From positions 5,706,001 to 5,770,000 of the forward strand of contig NC_087252.1 in assembly GCF_037042905.1 (NCBI RefSeq): 64,000 nucleotides of DNA, in the 5' to 3' direction. A program made the translations under genes and the position numbers. This DNA comes from Lytechinus pictus. Lineage: Eukaryota. Under the pieces are notes generated by a model that was given only the letters and a program-made list of their open reading frames with translations, was not told the origin of the DNA and did no database searches. Positions 53,801-64,000 of this stretch are shown piece by piece (within the stretch, counting starts at the first letter, position 1; every line of letters begins with the position of its first letter).

Positions 53801-56800
53801 ATTTTATAATCTAAAAATGTTCAGTTTCCTTAACCCTTTGCGTGCGACGGGCTTCCACAGAAGCCCAGCGAGTCGTTCACTTAGCTCCGCCGTAGGGAGA
53901 GGTATCCGGATTCGCGGGCCCGCACGCAAAGGGTTAAGCACTGCATGTTATTTTGCATAATGTTTTTGATCAAGTGAAATGAATGTTGAAACGACTTTAT
54001 GTATCTTATTTGTATCTTGTTAGTCGAAAAATAATGATATTGTACTGTTGTGTTGAATGAATTGAAAAAAAAACTTAAACGAACAAATATATATCATTAA
54101 GAACGGCATAATTAATACAATCATCAATAGCGCCAAATGCACAGCAGAGGCCTTTAGTGAGCCAATGCGAATGTGCAGTAAGAGTCCAAAAAGCTTTATC
54201 CGCGTGGAACATAAGGAACTGGCTTACAAGAAACTTAGCAAGAACATAATTGTGACTACTGCCAGCGGAAACAACTAATAAACAGCACTTACGATTGGTT
54301 TAATCTATCAATAGGGCCGAATATAACGGTATCCTTCGAGCCAGGTAGATCCAAAACACTGAAAGGTCATTACAGCAGATTTTTGGTTATGAGAATGGTG
54401 TGAGGTGAGGAAGTGAACATTGGAAATCGTCAATAATAAAGGTAATATATATGAAAGATACGGGAAGAAAAATATGAAAAGCTTTATAATTCGATTGCTT
54501 GCAAACTAAACTAATTTCACCTATTCTATTCCCATCGAAACTTTCCTCTTCTTATAGTTATTTATCTGTCTTTGCTGTGTTTAGTCCAAACCAACACAGC
54601 GTAACTATTGCCCCTATGCATTCTATAGCGAACCAATTAATAATTTGTATCATATTCTAGTCATATCATATACATATACCATATCAATAGAGACACAATA
54701 GCATCACCCGATGCCACATCACCACACCTCAATAGTCTAAATACGAAGATTCTTGTCCAACTTCTCTATTCCTTTGAGAAGACCAATCCATTCACTTATA
54801 CATTGTATTCAGTTCTCGTACCCAAGGATAGGAATTCCGTATTGAATTTACATTCCAGAAATGACGTATACTGAAAATTCAGATACAAAATTAAACCGCA
54901 TTCCATCCTTTTACACCAAACGCAAAGCAGGCACATGAAAGCCCACGCGCACCCAAAAATACACACTCACACCTACTCATGCCCAACAACATAAATGTGC
55001 CCAAATGAACAAAGTCAAGTCCGCTAATTTCAGATCGTAGAACTGCCATAATTATTGGGGAGAGGTGACAAAATTTAACACGGAGATAGTTTAGAAAGTA
55101 ATTTGTGAAGTGTGTATTCTGCACTTGTTATATCGATACAGATGCGGAAGATTTCTAACTTTATATTTACAATTGAATTGAGCCGAATATTTCCAGTTTT
55201 ATTTGAATTACATCGACGATGAAAAAAAAGTGAACGATGATATGCATCGGTTTTTTTTCGTAGGTAGTGGTAGTTGAAATTCAACTTTATTTCCACAATA
55301 AAACTAATCATATGTACAAATCATTTACATTCAAAATTAGTTCACATGCGGATGGGTCAAGGGAAGCACAACTGCTAGTCAAAAGTTGGCACACTATCCA
55401 GATATTAGGTAAGAGGAAACAGCAGCCGCAAATGAGTCTAGGTAAACATGACAGATATTTTACGAAGTCATAATTAGATGAGCCTGAATGAATCGTTTGT
55501 ATACCACTCTCATAATTACTTACGATGCACGAAGCAGACGAATACAGAAAAACAAATAAATCATTATAAACCAATCATTATTCTTCATGTTCTATAGCTT
55601 TCGCAAATATTGACATTATAGTCAAATAAAGTTCCACAGCTGCACAGACTCCCACACATACAACTGATGAAACTTATCTTATTTAGATTTTTTCCTGCGT
55701 CTCTCTTGTCGTCTTTTCGCTGGGAAACTAATCGGCCTTTCACACGGGGAAACATAAAATCGTATTTTGAATAATGATTCCAGTGAAAAATACGACTAAT
55801 GACGAATATTTAGCACGTGTAAAACCAAACTAGAACATGATTTGACTCACGAACGTCAATCACAGTCACGATAACAATAGCGATCATCATTACAATGATG
55901 ATTCAAGATTAACGTGTGAAAACTACCCTAAATTGCATTGTATTTCTGGGTTACTAACATTTCATAGAACACAAATGTTCTGAGATTTTGACGCAATTTT
56001 ATTATTAATTTTAAGGAAACTTTGCATTCTGAAAGTTACGATGGTGTTTGAAGGAAGGCACAGGAATTCCAGCGTAAAAAAAATGCATACCGTGTAATAT
56101 TTTTGTTAAATGTGTCTATATCATATTTTTTTTAAAACAATAGAAACTATGTTGTAGCATAAACAAAAAAAATATCCTGAAGTATTATCACGTTGAATTT
56201 ACTTATCATCACTCAGTAGGAAAGGCCGTACGCAGATTGTTTTTTTCCTGGAAGGGGGGGGGGGGTTATAATGGGTTATAGGATGCGTAAAAAGCTTCGA
56301 AAAACGCGAAAACGAGGGAACGAAGCCACCCAACTTGTCATTTGGTCGCTTTATGCTTTTTTTTTAAAGTGAAATTAAAGGATTTCCTGCACACTTTTGG
56401 TGAATTTAGGTTCAGTACATACCAAACAAAACGATTGCCGTTACCGACATTACGTGTTGTTTTACATCGACTTTCACCTGCCAAAGCCACGAAACCACAT
56501 GTCCACACTGTTGTCAGCTTGACTGATCAACTAGGCCGGTTTATCACTGAATACTAAAATAATGGAATTATAACAATGCATATTTGAGCCATCTCTTATG
56601 GTTATGATACTGATATTCTCAACCTATCCTACACCCAATTCCTAAAGACATAATCAAGGAATTAGTTATTCACATACCAAATATTTGAAGAATTATATAT
56701 ATAAAAAAAAACGAAATACGCAACATGTACGTTCTTAACCCGATTTGGGTTATAAAAAATTGCAAATTACGACCCTGGGTAAAATATAGATATTTTATTT

Positions 56801-59800
56801 CGTCAAGGTCGTATTGAAATTCGAAGGATATTGTTATAAAATGATACAGATGAAACCGTTTTCCATTCATGCATTACCAAACACTATTCGTTTTTGTCCA
56901 TGATATAAAAAATTGGCTTATGCTAAATGGTCACGGTAAAAGCAGTATAGTCCGAACCAAATACGCCGAATCAAGTGATATCAACTTCATGAAAAAAAGA
57001 AGAAAAAATCTTATGCTTGGCTTGAGGGAATCATTGACTTTCATCTCTCTGGACCTAATACAAGTCCATATTATAATTTTCCGGTATATCAATTCATTTT
57101 AACTTATATCAATTTTTGGTTCCCGTTTCCTAATGAAATCTTGTGTCAAAGAGAAGATAAAACACAAACATGAACTAAATACCTTGCAAAGGGGTATCTG
57201 GTACCAGCAAATTAAATACAAAAGCTAGATTACAAATTAGATTTAGATATTCCAGGATTAGAGCAACCTTGAACGTGACCTGAATTTCAATTATACATTA
57301 TACTCTATTATTATACTATATATGATAACACTACAACTAGCATGGTAACTGCAACGTCTTCTAATCAAAGCATTACTACTATTGATATTCATATAACTAC
57401 TAATGTCACAACTTTTCCAGATAAATGATAATAAAGACAATGGTCATGGTAATGATATTGAAAATGATGATAATATATATAACAATATAAATCATGAAAA
57501 TAATAACTATACTGGTAATAATAGTAATAATAATAATAGTTACAATTTAATAATAATACCACTTATAATAATATGGAACATTTATATAGCGCTGAAAACA
57601 ATTGAGTATCTGAATATAAAAACGGCCCAAGTCCATTTTTTCTGCGAAATAGAGTTAAATATGGGAAATTGTTTTTTATGAAATGACTCATCTTGTGTAT
57701 AAATGATGAATCTCAAATCATCTCAGAATGCCTTAAATAAAGGGGAAAAAGGCATGGATGAATGTAAGAAAAGCCCAAACCAAGACCTGGGCTTTTCTTA
57801 CATCCATATGATTATTCTCTCATCACATTCAACTCCGTACATACACTACTGCCTCTATCAGTTTTTGATTGATAAAGAGATGTTGTTGAATGTTGTTGAA
57901 GTGGAATCTTTTTTTGTTTTGGATCTGGTCTAAAAAGTTAAAAAAGAAGAAGTGAATTTGCAGATGTGTGTGCTTCTGTGGTATTTGAGTGTGTGTGTGT
58001 GTGTGAAAGAGAGAGGGTGTGTGAGGGGTATTTGGGTGGGTGTCAGTCAATATTAAAAAATAGCTCATCAAAAAAATTATTAAAAAAATATGTGCGTATG
58101 AGCGTGTGAGGATGTGGGGCATACAGGGTCGGATTCGGGGTTGATGATTTCTCAAAAAATTTGCTCACAACACAAATACAGTTTTACTTTATTGAGAACC
58201 ACCCCCCCCCCCCTCCCATTTACTGGCAAGCAATAAAATGAAAAATTCTGCCCATTTACAAAAGCATTTTACCCCCAAATCGCTGGAGAGCATGAAATGA
58301 AGGTCCTTGCTAAGGGAAAGTTCTCACTCCATTTACACCCCAACCTGAGCTTAAGTGGGGAGGCCCTCTATATTTCTTTTTTTTTCTATTAAATAATAAT
58401 AAAAAATAATAGGTCCAATATCCCCCCCCCCCCCCCATTCTTGAACTGTTATGTGTGTGCCTATGACTTCTTGATGTCATGGATGGAGGAAGAAGGAACT
58501 TTAAAAGATGAATGATACGTCATTTTCCAAACTATGTTATTTTTTTTTTAGTATTTGCAACTCACATGTCCTCACCTTTAACACACTCACAACCGCTCTC
58601 TCATCCCAAAACACATCAGCTATGAAAACCCCAGTCACATATAGACACGGATCCTCACGGATCAACAGGGCAACGCCGGCATGATCCGGGGAGGTCCGGG
58701 ATCGTTTTGCCCCGGATTAAGCGTTGATGACTGTAAACACGGCATCTACACGGCATCTTCACACGGATCTACACGGACCATGCCGGCAGAGCACGTCGTC
58801 AACACGGACCTACACGTCAGCAACACGGACCTACACGTCAGCAACACGGACCAACACGTCAGCTACACGGACCAACCCGTCAGCTACAAGGACCAACACG
58901 TCAGCTACACGGACCAACACGTCAGCTCAAGGACCAACACGGCAGCTATATTGACCAGCACGGCAAATGAAAATCTGCTCATAATAATGAGCTGATATTT
59001 ATTTATTTTTCTCATCCTTGTCGCAACATTATATTATGTTGTTTTTAAAAAAGATATCAAAACTTAAAACTTCCTTTTTAACCAGTAAAAACGCTGTTTT
59101 TTTATACAACGCAGTTTACAGTTTTAACAGTAGTTGTTAAGTACTTTGAATGTTGAACGACAAATTTAATTTCGATTTGATTTGATATCACTTTATTGAA
59201 ATCACAGTAAAGGAAATAAATTTACAAAGTCAATAGAAAACATAATAAAAATTAAAATAGGCCCAGGTCATGACGCATAACTGTCGATGCAGGGCAGTGG
59301 TATAAAACTTAATGTACTATTTTGATGTAACAGGTACATAACATTTATTTTAAGAAAATGAAATGTGAAATAGTAATAACAGACAAAGTTGGGGTAAATA
59401 TTAAAAAAATATATATATATTGATACATGCACTAAGTTTACAAATATTAGGTTGGGGCCAATCTCCAAAGCGTAAGAAAATATCCTGAATCGTTTAATCA
59501 TCCATTTAATCATAAATAAATTAAGCATGTTTGTGTCAACTGTTTAACAACTCCTGAAAAGTTCATAAAGTAAATAGCGTTGTAAAGATTTGATGGGAAA
59601 AAAGAACACGGACTGCCAAGGATACTCCAGGCAGCCACACGGACCTACACGGCAGCTACACGGACCTACACGGCAGCCACACGGACCTACACGGACCATC
59701 CCGGATGGCTTTGCCAACCCGGCAGTCCACGGATGACGCCGGATGTTTTTGACAGTCAAAAACTGCCGTGTTGGCCTCCCGGACGTTCAAGGACCAACAC

Positions 59801-60644
59801 GGACCACCCCGGACCTCCAAGGATGCCCAAGGCGCCAACACGGATCTCTCCCCGGACCACCCCGGATCAGATCCGGGATGGTCCGGGGTGGTCCGGGATC
59901 TATATGTGACTGGGGCTTTAATACAAAACGATAAGGCGCACCTTTTGTCCGATGTATAAAACAACATCTTGTGTATCATTGTCATACATTCAGTACTACA
60001 GAAGTCTATATAATGACCCAAGTCCACCAGACAGAAATCCCCGCCGACGAGTAACGTAAATATTAATGCTCACAAAAAAAATTCGCTTGAATTTTTTTAT
60101 GATGTTCTCTAATGTCTTTTCGCCAAATGTGCTTTAAATTGCCCAAATTAAAAAAAAAAAATCAAATTTGATCGAATTTCTCGAAATGACCTTCCATGGA
60201 ATTGGGCCTTTTTAAAATTCACACTCTCAATGTTTATAAGGGCTGCATAATATTACCCTGGTTTTGGCATGGCTACCCACACCGGACGCTTGAGCATTCA
60301 ATGAATTTTCCCCTACCGGTACCCATTTACTACACCTGGGTGGAGAGTGACATGAAGATGAACACCTTACCAAAGGACATGAGTGCTGAGGTGGGATTCG
60401 AACCTCGAACATTCCGAATAATTTAATATCCAAAGAGCCATAAATATTTAAAACTATATCATTGTTCCACTAGCGTGAGCAATTAGGGAAAACAAACTTA
60501 CTCTGACTCTGATGATTGAGGTGGTGACGAATCGATTGCAGGAGAATCATTTTGAGATGGAGACGATGCAGATGATGCTGCTGCTGATAATGATGGTGGG
60601 GGTGGGGGTGGGGATGACGGCATAGATGCATTTCGATGGCTCAT
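11996..60644 (-). CDS. SLC16/monocarboxylate transporter family (MFS) gene; joined CDS 60644-60502, 17933-17728, 17109-16942, 15704-15564, 14245-13154, 12141-11996 (631 aa)
   Basis: All introns are GT-AG with consistent phases, and the exons sum to 1896 nt (632 codons including the stop). The N-terminal motif PPATDGGYGW matches the SLC16 PDGGWGW motif. Also present: RRFGCRPIAMAGG loop, YFEKRYSLANGLSYAGSGVG, YGWRGGLFIMG, a long acidic central loop, and C-terminal GWLFDHFGSYD. The paralogue cannot be assigned by eye. Confidence 0.85.
13154..14245 (-). CDS. SLC16-family large exon (about TM4-TM11, including the acidic central loop)
   Basis: Lies in the 377-aa ORF 13146..14279; acceptor ttttgatcacag|GT ATC and donor ACA G|gtatat; 1092 nt, phase 1 at both ends. 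Confidence 0.96.
14813..15150. repeat. Two diverged tandem copies of a unit of about 175 bp
   Basis: gcatttcaacatttttcatg...ggtagaacacgata...gacatgaattgggg...ggtggatgtttttcatcata occurs twice. Confidence 0.8.
15564..15704 (-). CDS. SLC16-family exon (GLISGPLCRRFGCRPIAMAGGFFGGTGLILAAG...)
   Basis: Acceptor tttcgtacag|GT TTG and donor TCA G|gtaata; 141 nt; MFS motif-A-like loop. This frame is not in the ORF track. Confidence 0.93.
16942..17109 (-). CDS. SLC16-family exon (GYGWFILLAAHCTLIFREGIAKCLGVFLPTFRTYFDVSTSLIGWISSLCVTFADFT)
   Basis: Acceptor tcgttggttag|GT TAT GGA TGG and donor ACA G|gtacaa; 168 nt; TM1-TM2. Confidence 0.93.
17728..17933 (-). CDS. SLC16-family exon, cytosolic N-terminus ending PPATDG
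   Basis: Long polypyrimidine tract then ctcag|A GGA TTC (phase 2); donor GAT GGA G|gtagga joins to GT TAT GGA TGG to give DGGYGW. The exon has no in-frame ATG, so an upstream coding exon is required. Confidence 0.9.
18252..18424. mobile_element. AT-rich palindromic MITE
   Basis: tatatgaattattttaa...ttttgaggcattaggaactg / cagttcctaatgcctcaaaa...ttaaaataattcatata. Confidence 0.75.
20366..20477. repeat. Short tandem array of ttttgcgcacc(gg)
   Basis: About seven copies of an approximately 15-bp unit. Confidence 0.8.
22062..22245 (+). mobile_element. SINE-like element with a 7SL/SRP-RNA-like head, Nin-like core motif and (CA)n tail
   Basis: ACTGGGCGTTGTGGCGAGCGCCTGTAATCCAAGCTA matches 28 of 36 nt of the human 7SL 5' end as recalled; B-box GGTTCGAGCCC; ctcggatggtgacgttaaa core; acacacac tail. 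Confidence 0.7.
22870..23880. repeat. Left subterminal array (acaggacagt-type 10-mers; about five 35-bp tandem units at 23291-23500 in inverted orientation)
   Basis: tggtattcctgtagtactgtcctgtgatactggtc repeated; orientation switches visible. Confidence 0.9.
24224..24395. mobile_element. Harbinger-like MITE
   Basis: taccttggtcacatt / aatgtaaccaaggct ends with TAA on both sides. Confidence 0.7.
24885..25344. mobile_element. MITE-like element
   Basis: agcatgagcccatca...catgt / acatg...tgatgggcttatgct imperfect inverted ends. Confidence 0.55.
25799..26725. mobile_element. Non-autonomous hAT-type element
   Basis: TIR TAGGGCTGGGACT / AGTCCCAGGCCTA; perfect 8-bp TSD CATACAAC; subterminal TACCCG motifs; internal inverted repeat of about 140 bp (26056-26197 vs 26473-26617). 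Confidence 0.9.
28182..29149. mobile_element. Non-autonomous hAT-type element
   Basis: TIR TAGTGCTGTTGTCG / CGACAACAGCGCTA; perfect 8-bp TSD ATGAAAAC; subterminal GTCGACAT motifs. Confidence 0.9.
29611..30148. repeat. Long inverted repeat (arms of about 210 bp, GC-rich spacer of about 120 bp), MITE-like
   Basis: 29611-29820 is the reverse complement of 29940-30148 (e.g. tttagagccaacatgaagtt / aacttcatgttggctctaaa). Confidence 0.8.
33640..34570. repeat. Right subterminal array of the 11.7-kb element, including 145-bp tandem units
   Basis: tacaacag recurs at 34081, 34226 and 34371 (145-bp period). Confidence 0.9.
37197..37312. mobile_element. 116-bp hAT-type MITE, probably recent
   Basis: Perfect 28-bp TIR CATTGGCGGCGGAGCAGAGGATTATCTT; perfect 8-bp TSD TCGATAGC. 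Confidence 0.9.
37329..37925. mobile_element. Kolobok-type non-autonomous element
   Basis: TTAA|AGGAGAATCCA...TGGATTCCCCT|TTAA. Confidence 0.8.
38176..38640. mobile_element. MITE with CCCGGG/poly-G termini, superfamily unassigned
   Basis: cccggg(g)n-cagtcaatatattgctg / cagcaatatatttgactg-(c)n-ccggg; 7-bp TSD AAATGAA. Confidence 0.8.
38721..39309. mobile_element. Kolobok-type non-autonomous element
   Basis: TTAA|AGGTGAATGAAAC...GTTTCATTTTCCT|TTAA with long imperfect inverted arms. Confidence 0.8.
39660..40844. mobile_element. Harbinger-like element with a duplicated right half, nested in a smaller MITE (39536-40878, TSD TGA)
   Basis: TIR AGCCCCTTTCACAATTGACGTACGACC; TAA/TTA flanks; 39888-40372 repeated at 40373-40844. 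Confidence 0.8.
41306..42130. repeat. Long imperfect (CTA)n microsatellite
   Basis: Directly visible; source of the poly-T/L/Y/V ORFs. Confidence 0.95.
41831..42026. mobile_element. CMC/EnSpm-type palindromic MITE inserted in the (CTA)n tract
   Basis: CACTCTTAAAAATG...CATTTTTAAGAGTG; perfect arms of about 75 bp; 2-bp TSD TA. Confidence 0.9.
43042..43788. mobile_element. Harbinger-like element(s); second left end at about 43500
   Basis: TAA|AGGCCCGGTCCCACTG...CAGTGGAACCAGGCCT|TAA; aggctcggtcccactgca repeated internally. Confidence 0.7.
45549..45760 (+). mobile_element. tRNA-derived SINE with an internal deletion
   Basis: ggtcttggtggctcagtggtagagcg A-box head; B-box region missing; aaaatggtaccttctgcc...gcgctcagca core; aaataaaa...ttattactat tail. 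Confidence 0.7.
46818..47641 (-). mobile_element. Non-autonomous AcademH-like DNA transposon carrying a RecQ helicase fragment
   Basis: TIR TAGCCTCTTGTCGAGGCCCTG, extending imperfectly for about 100 bp; flanks ctattaatt / ccatttatt (7 of 9); internal RecQ motifs. Confidence 0.75.
47080..47423 (-). pseudogene. Truncated, frameshifted RecQ-family helicase N-terminus
   Basis: FKDLQVDEIKSALKGRYVFINLPTGYGKNVIF (motif 0 plus Walker A) in ORF 47190..47423; SILLVISPLVS (motif Ia) in the overlapping frame 47060..47245; no DEAH motif follows. Confidence 0.8.
48492..53914. repeat. Near-identical tandem duplication (48492-51211 and 51212-53911)
   Basis: Colinear copies of 2720 and 2700 bp with scattered substitutions and a 23-bp indel (49158-49180 absent from copy 2); TCG microhomology at the junction. 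Confidence 0.97.
49509..50123. mobile_element. Kolobok-type MITE (second copy at about 52207-52824)
   Basis: ttaaggacaagtccatccca...tggggtgaacttgacctttaa with inverted arms. Confidence 0.75.
53834..53933. mobile_element. 100-bp piggyBac-type MITE (truncated copy at 51134-51214)
   Basis: TTAA|CCCTTTGCGTGCG...CGCACGCAAAGGG|TTAA. Confidence 0.88.
58627..59917. mobile_element. Harbinger-like element with internal minisatellites
   Basis: TIR ccccagtcacatataga / tctatatgtgactgggg; 21-bp units cacggacctacacgtcagcaa at about 58790-58950 and related units at 59605-59700; TSD not clear. Confidence 0.7.
60226..60415 (-). mobile_element. 5'-truncated tRNA-derived SINE
   Basis: Minus-strand B box ggttcgaatccc followed by ctccacccaggtgtagtaaatgggtaccgg, a conserved SINE core-like motif. 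Confidence 0.65.
60502..60644 (-). CDS. Probable first coding exon of the SLC16-family gene (MSHRNASMPSSPPPPPPSLSAAASS...SES)
   Basis: AAACATG start context; Ser/Pro-rich open frame; consensus donor GA|GTAAGT in phase 2, matching the phase-2 acceptor at 17933 (GA+A=Glu); upstream acceptor tttgcag at 60656-60655. Confidence 0.7.
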
Positions 60645-60906
60645 GTTTAATTTCCTGCAAAGCCAACGCGACTCGCCAGTCAAACATTAAACACTTAGAA
60701 ATTAAAAAAAGCTCAATATCACGTTCCAAGGCGCCGGACCTAACATCCACAATGAAGCTTAATGGCAAGGGTAACTTTGGAGGTACCCTTTTCGTTCTCT
60801 CAGTCCCCCTGACTCATCCGCGTGCTCTATCTATTTGGGTTTTCTTGTTTTAATTACGTTAAAAAGCGTTTTGCTCATCGTTTTCAAACCCCGTGCACTG
60901 ACTCAC

Positions 60907-61050
60907 CTATCTCTCGGCCTCGTCAATCGTTGGCCATTAGATATTCCCCTCATCCCATAATCCACGTAAACATAATGAGCTCTTGACACGACGATGATGC
61001 GTTCTCATTGATAAAGTGGCTGCCTCAATCACACACGACACAGTGTTCAT
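60907..61050 (-). other. Candidate 5' UTR exon of the SLC16-family gene (5' boundary approximate)
   Basis: Consensus donor AG|GTGAGT at 60906 gives a 252-bp intron to the acceptor at 60655. Confidence 0.4.
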
Positions 61051-62649
61051 TTAAAATCTGTATATTGTTCCATCGTGCAAAGTGATAGCAATATACATTT
61101 GTTTGTGTTATTTCATTCTGAACACATTACAAATCCATCTATACGATATTCAATCGAAATTTACAAATGTTTATTAATCTAATCTTACAATATACAATGT
61201 CTATAAATCTCCATGATTATTTTTGGATGCAGTTAATGATTACATTTCATAATGATATCGCTTCGTACAGCCTTTATTTATCACATAAAAAACAGCAACC
61301 AACACAAAAAGATGGAACAGGTGCAACTAATTCATATTATGTAATTATATATCCGTAAATATCAGCGACAGAGCTCGTCAACCGCAAAGGCCTAGTCCTA
61401 AATGGCGATAATCATTAAATTACAACATTGCACCCGGGACATTGCATTTATAGGCCTACAAAGATAAGTCTTATTCTGTCAATTAATCCAAAATCTGAAA
61501 TGTATAAATTACATTAATCAATGACATTATGTCATTAGAAAGTACATGTACATCTGTTACTCTGAATATAAGTGTATATATACATGTACTTATGTGTCCT
61601 AAATTTGTTGCTCGCCATGCATGATCTGATAATTGTTTATGTTGAGTGTCTCTCTAGTAAAGTTCCCTGGTTGGCAATGGAAACTCAACGTTTTATGTTT
61701 TGCCTCAGATAACACACACCATACGCGGTCATCTCTTCAATGAGAGAAATGGCAGGTGATCCTATTAACAAACCAGCATGAACTTCTAAATTCTGTAAAT
61801 CTCTTAAATGAAAACATGGATAGGGGGCCCGGATGAGCAGGAAGTCGAAATCTATCGTGGCTTAACATATCAGAGAACGTTACTTTAATCAAAGAGGAAA
61901 TATTCCTTAAACGATGAGTTCTAAAACTGGTCTATGTGTCAACCTAAGCGCGGGAGATCGCCGGCCTGGTGAGAAGGGTAAACGCATTTGACCTCGTGAG
62001 GGCATTTGGTTCATTATCTGTATTGAGCAGGACAGGGGATCAAATAAACCAAACTCTCTGATTAAAGCTTGTTTTAAAATGATTGATACAATAAATGGTG
62101 GATTCAAAATGGGAAAGGAGTGAATGAGCCAGAATGATAGGGGGAGATGCAACAGGAGAGAGCGAAGAGGGAGAGAGAAAAGGGGAAGTTTTGTGGGTGT
62201 GTGTGAGAGAGAGAGTGGGGTGGCAACCATGAAATACTTGGAAGAGATAACAGCGCGTCCCACACGCACATTAAAACGAAATATGTTCTAACCTTTGCTA
62301 GTGGTATATATATGCTCACTTTTGCTGGATAATGTACAGCCTAGATTACTTCAGTCAACATGGAAGCCAAGGTGAATTTTAATACGTGTGTAGACTTGCG
62401 GAATAATTTGTGGGTTAACATGACTCCCGTTTCTTTTATTAATCTATGCATAACTAATTCATTTGTTTATTCTAATTCCTAAACTTATATTCTCTTCCTG
62501 TTATACGCTTAATGTTATTTTTTTTTCACTTTACATATTTAGTTAATATCCTTAGTTACTATCCTTTATAGTTGAAGATGCACTCGCGCGTATGTTGCAA
62601 GTTTTATGTAGCAATTAGCAGTCAGAGAGTAAATCTATGCTTCATATCA

Positions 62650-63423
62650 ACTGGGTTCCAAAAGAAACTGATTAAACTTTACAAGGGCACTGCACAAATT
62701 CGACTCTTTCAAAACGAAAAATTGATTTTTAAATGCAGGCTAACTTCAATAATATTTTCTGAGCACATGTCAATAATTAAGAGATTGTTTCAATCAAAGA
62801 GAGGCTACAACCCCTACATTAATTGATTTCAAAGTCACTAATTAGCAAAAGAAAAAAAAATACAAATAAAAGGGATTAAACACACTTTCGTTATTTACAC
62901 ATGTACTACAAAGGCATGTTTAAGTGATTGGCCTGATCATACTTGAACTATTACACAGTCACCTAAAGGTCCCCCGGAGGGGGGGGGGGGTGTCCCGGTA
63001 AACAGGGAATAATCTGAACACGGCTGACTGAGATACACAGTGACACACGCTGTGGTCAGATTATCCCCCGCTTACCGGGACATGCCAGGGGGGGGGGTTG
63101 TATGTGGGCTGTGCGATTGTTCCAGTCATTTAATCGTCTTAATGTTAATTTCCTGTAGCTTCTTTTGTAATTGACTCAATAACTTAAACATGACTGTTAA
63201 CGACGTGTGCAAAAACCAGTAAGTTTGTTTTAAAATGCAATCCCGTTTTCATTGGTCTTCCTTTAGACATTTTGTGACTTGAGATTATAAAACCATTTCA
63301 ATTATTAACATGCGATTAGTCAAGACTATTTAAACTAGCCTGTGTTAAAATATTGTTCATTTTGACTGAGTCGAAACTGTGCAGTACCCTTGTAAAAATT
63401 AATCAGTTTCTTTTGGAACCCAG
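62650..63423. mobile_element. Inverted-repeat element with a nested palindromic MITE (about 62971-63097)
   Basis: ctgggttccaaaagaaactgattaa...caggcta versus tagcctg...ttaatcagtttcttttggaacccag; inner tgtcccggtaa / ttaccgggaca. Confidence 0.65.
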
Positions 63424-64000
63424 ATAATATTTTGCAGGTAATTATGCACGAGTTTCCTAAAAATTGGTCATATCCTCCAAAACTGTCCTTTCGTATCCGG
63501 TCAAAGTATATGCTGCGTATGGTTATTAGCGAAGGAAGGATAATACTAAGCTTCTCGCTCATCCTTGTCCAATATTGCTTAAGGCGACGGTTACAACCTA
63601 ATTCCACCTCCTTCCATCCAAATTATTACTAATTGCAGCAGAGGTAGACAGTCAATTAGGAAATTATTTAGCTCGACAGCTCATTTATTTGATATGAGTG
63701 TATATGAGCACTTTGTATTTCCGCCATGGAAAATGTATTTAATTTCATGAGAAATTAACACTTAAAATATGTACTACATAACTAAAACAAAATAATAAAT
63801 AGACTTACTTTCTTCTTGGGTTGAGATATTTCACGTTATCTCCACGTTGTGCCATGGTTTTCTTTCGCAGGAATTGGTTGTTCACCCGTTTTTATTACAA
63901 AAACAATGATCCAGTTAAAACTAAAGCTTCCGTTCAAAGATTTAGACATGTTAGAAGGAATGATGTATAGTCTCTTCTGAATAGGCCTTTAACAATTTAT

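Noticed and set aside
57403..57681. Asn-rich 92-aa ORF
   Set aside because: Degenerate (AAT)n repeat.
58681..58995. ORFs with heptad repeats (NTDLHVS / TRTYTSA)
   Set aside because: They come from a 21-bp minisatellite inside a TIR element; no splice or homology support.

Overview
This is AT-rich, repeat-dense animal genomic DNA; the repeat types and long introns suggest a marine invertebrate, probably a sea urchin (inference). It contains one protein-coding gene, an SLC16/monocarboxylate-transporter-family MFS protein on the minus strand. Five compact coding exons lie at 11996-17933. A phase-matched first coding exon lies about 42.6 kb away at 60502-60644, and the joined CDS is 1896 nt (631 aa). 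The rest is introns and UTR filled with non-autonomous DNA transposons (CMC/EnSpm-, hAT-, Kolobok-, Harbinger- and piggyBac-type ends), SINEs and simple repeats. Highlights: (1) a SINE-like element whose head resembles the 7SL/SRP RNA Alu domain (22062-22245); (2) an 824-bp TIR element with a degenerate 9-bp TSD and a frameshifted RecQ-helicase fragment, AcademH-like (46818-47641); (3) an 11.7-kb CCC...GGG element with a 2-bp TSD and no recognisable transposase, carrying nested elements and possible spliced non-coding exons (22851-34583); (4) a 2.7-kb tandem duplication whose breakpoint cuts a piggyBac-type MITE. No rRNA, tRNA gene or CRISPR array was found. Family assignments come from terminal motifs read by eye, not from database searches.
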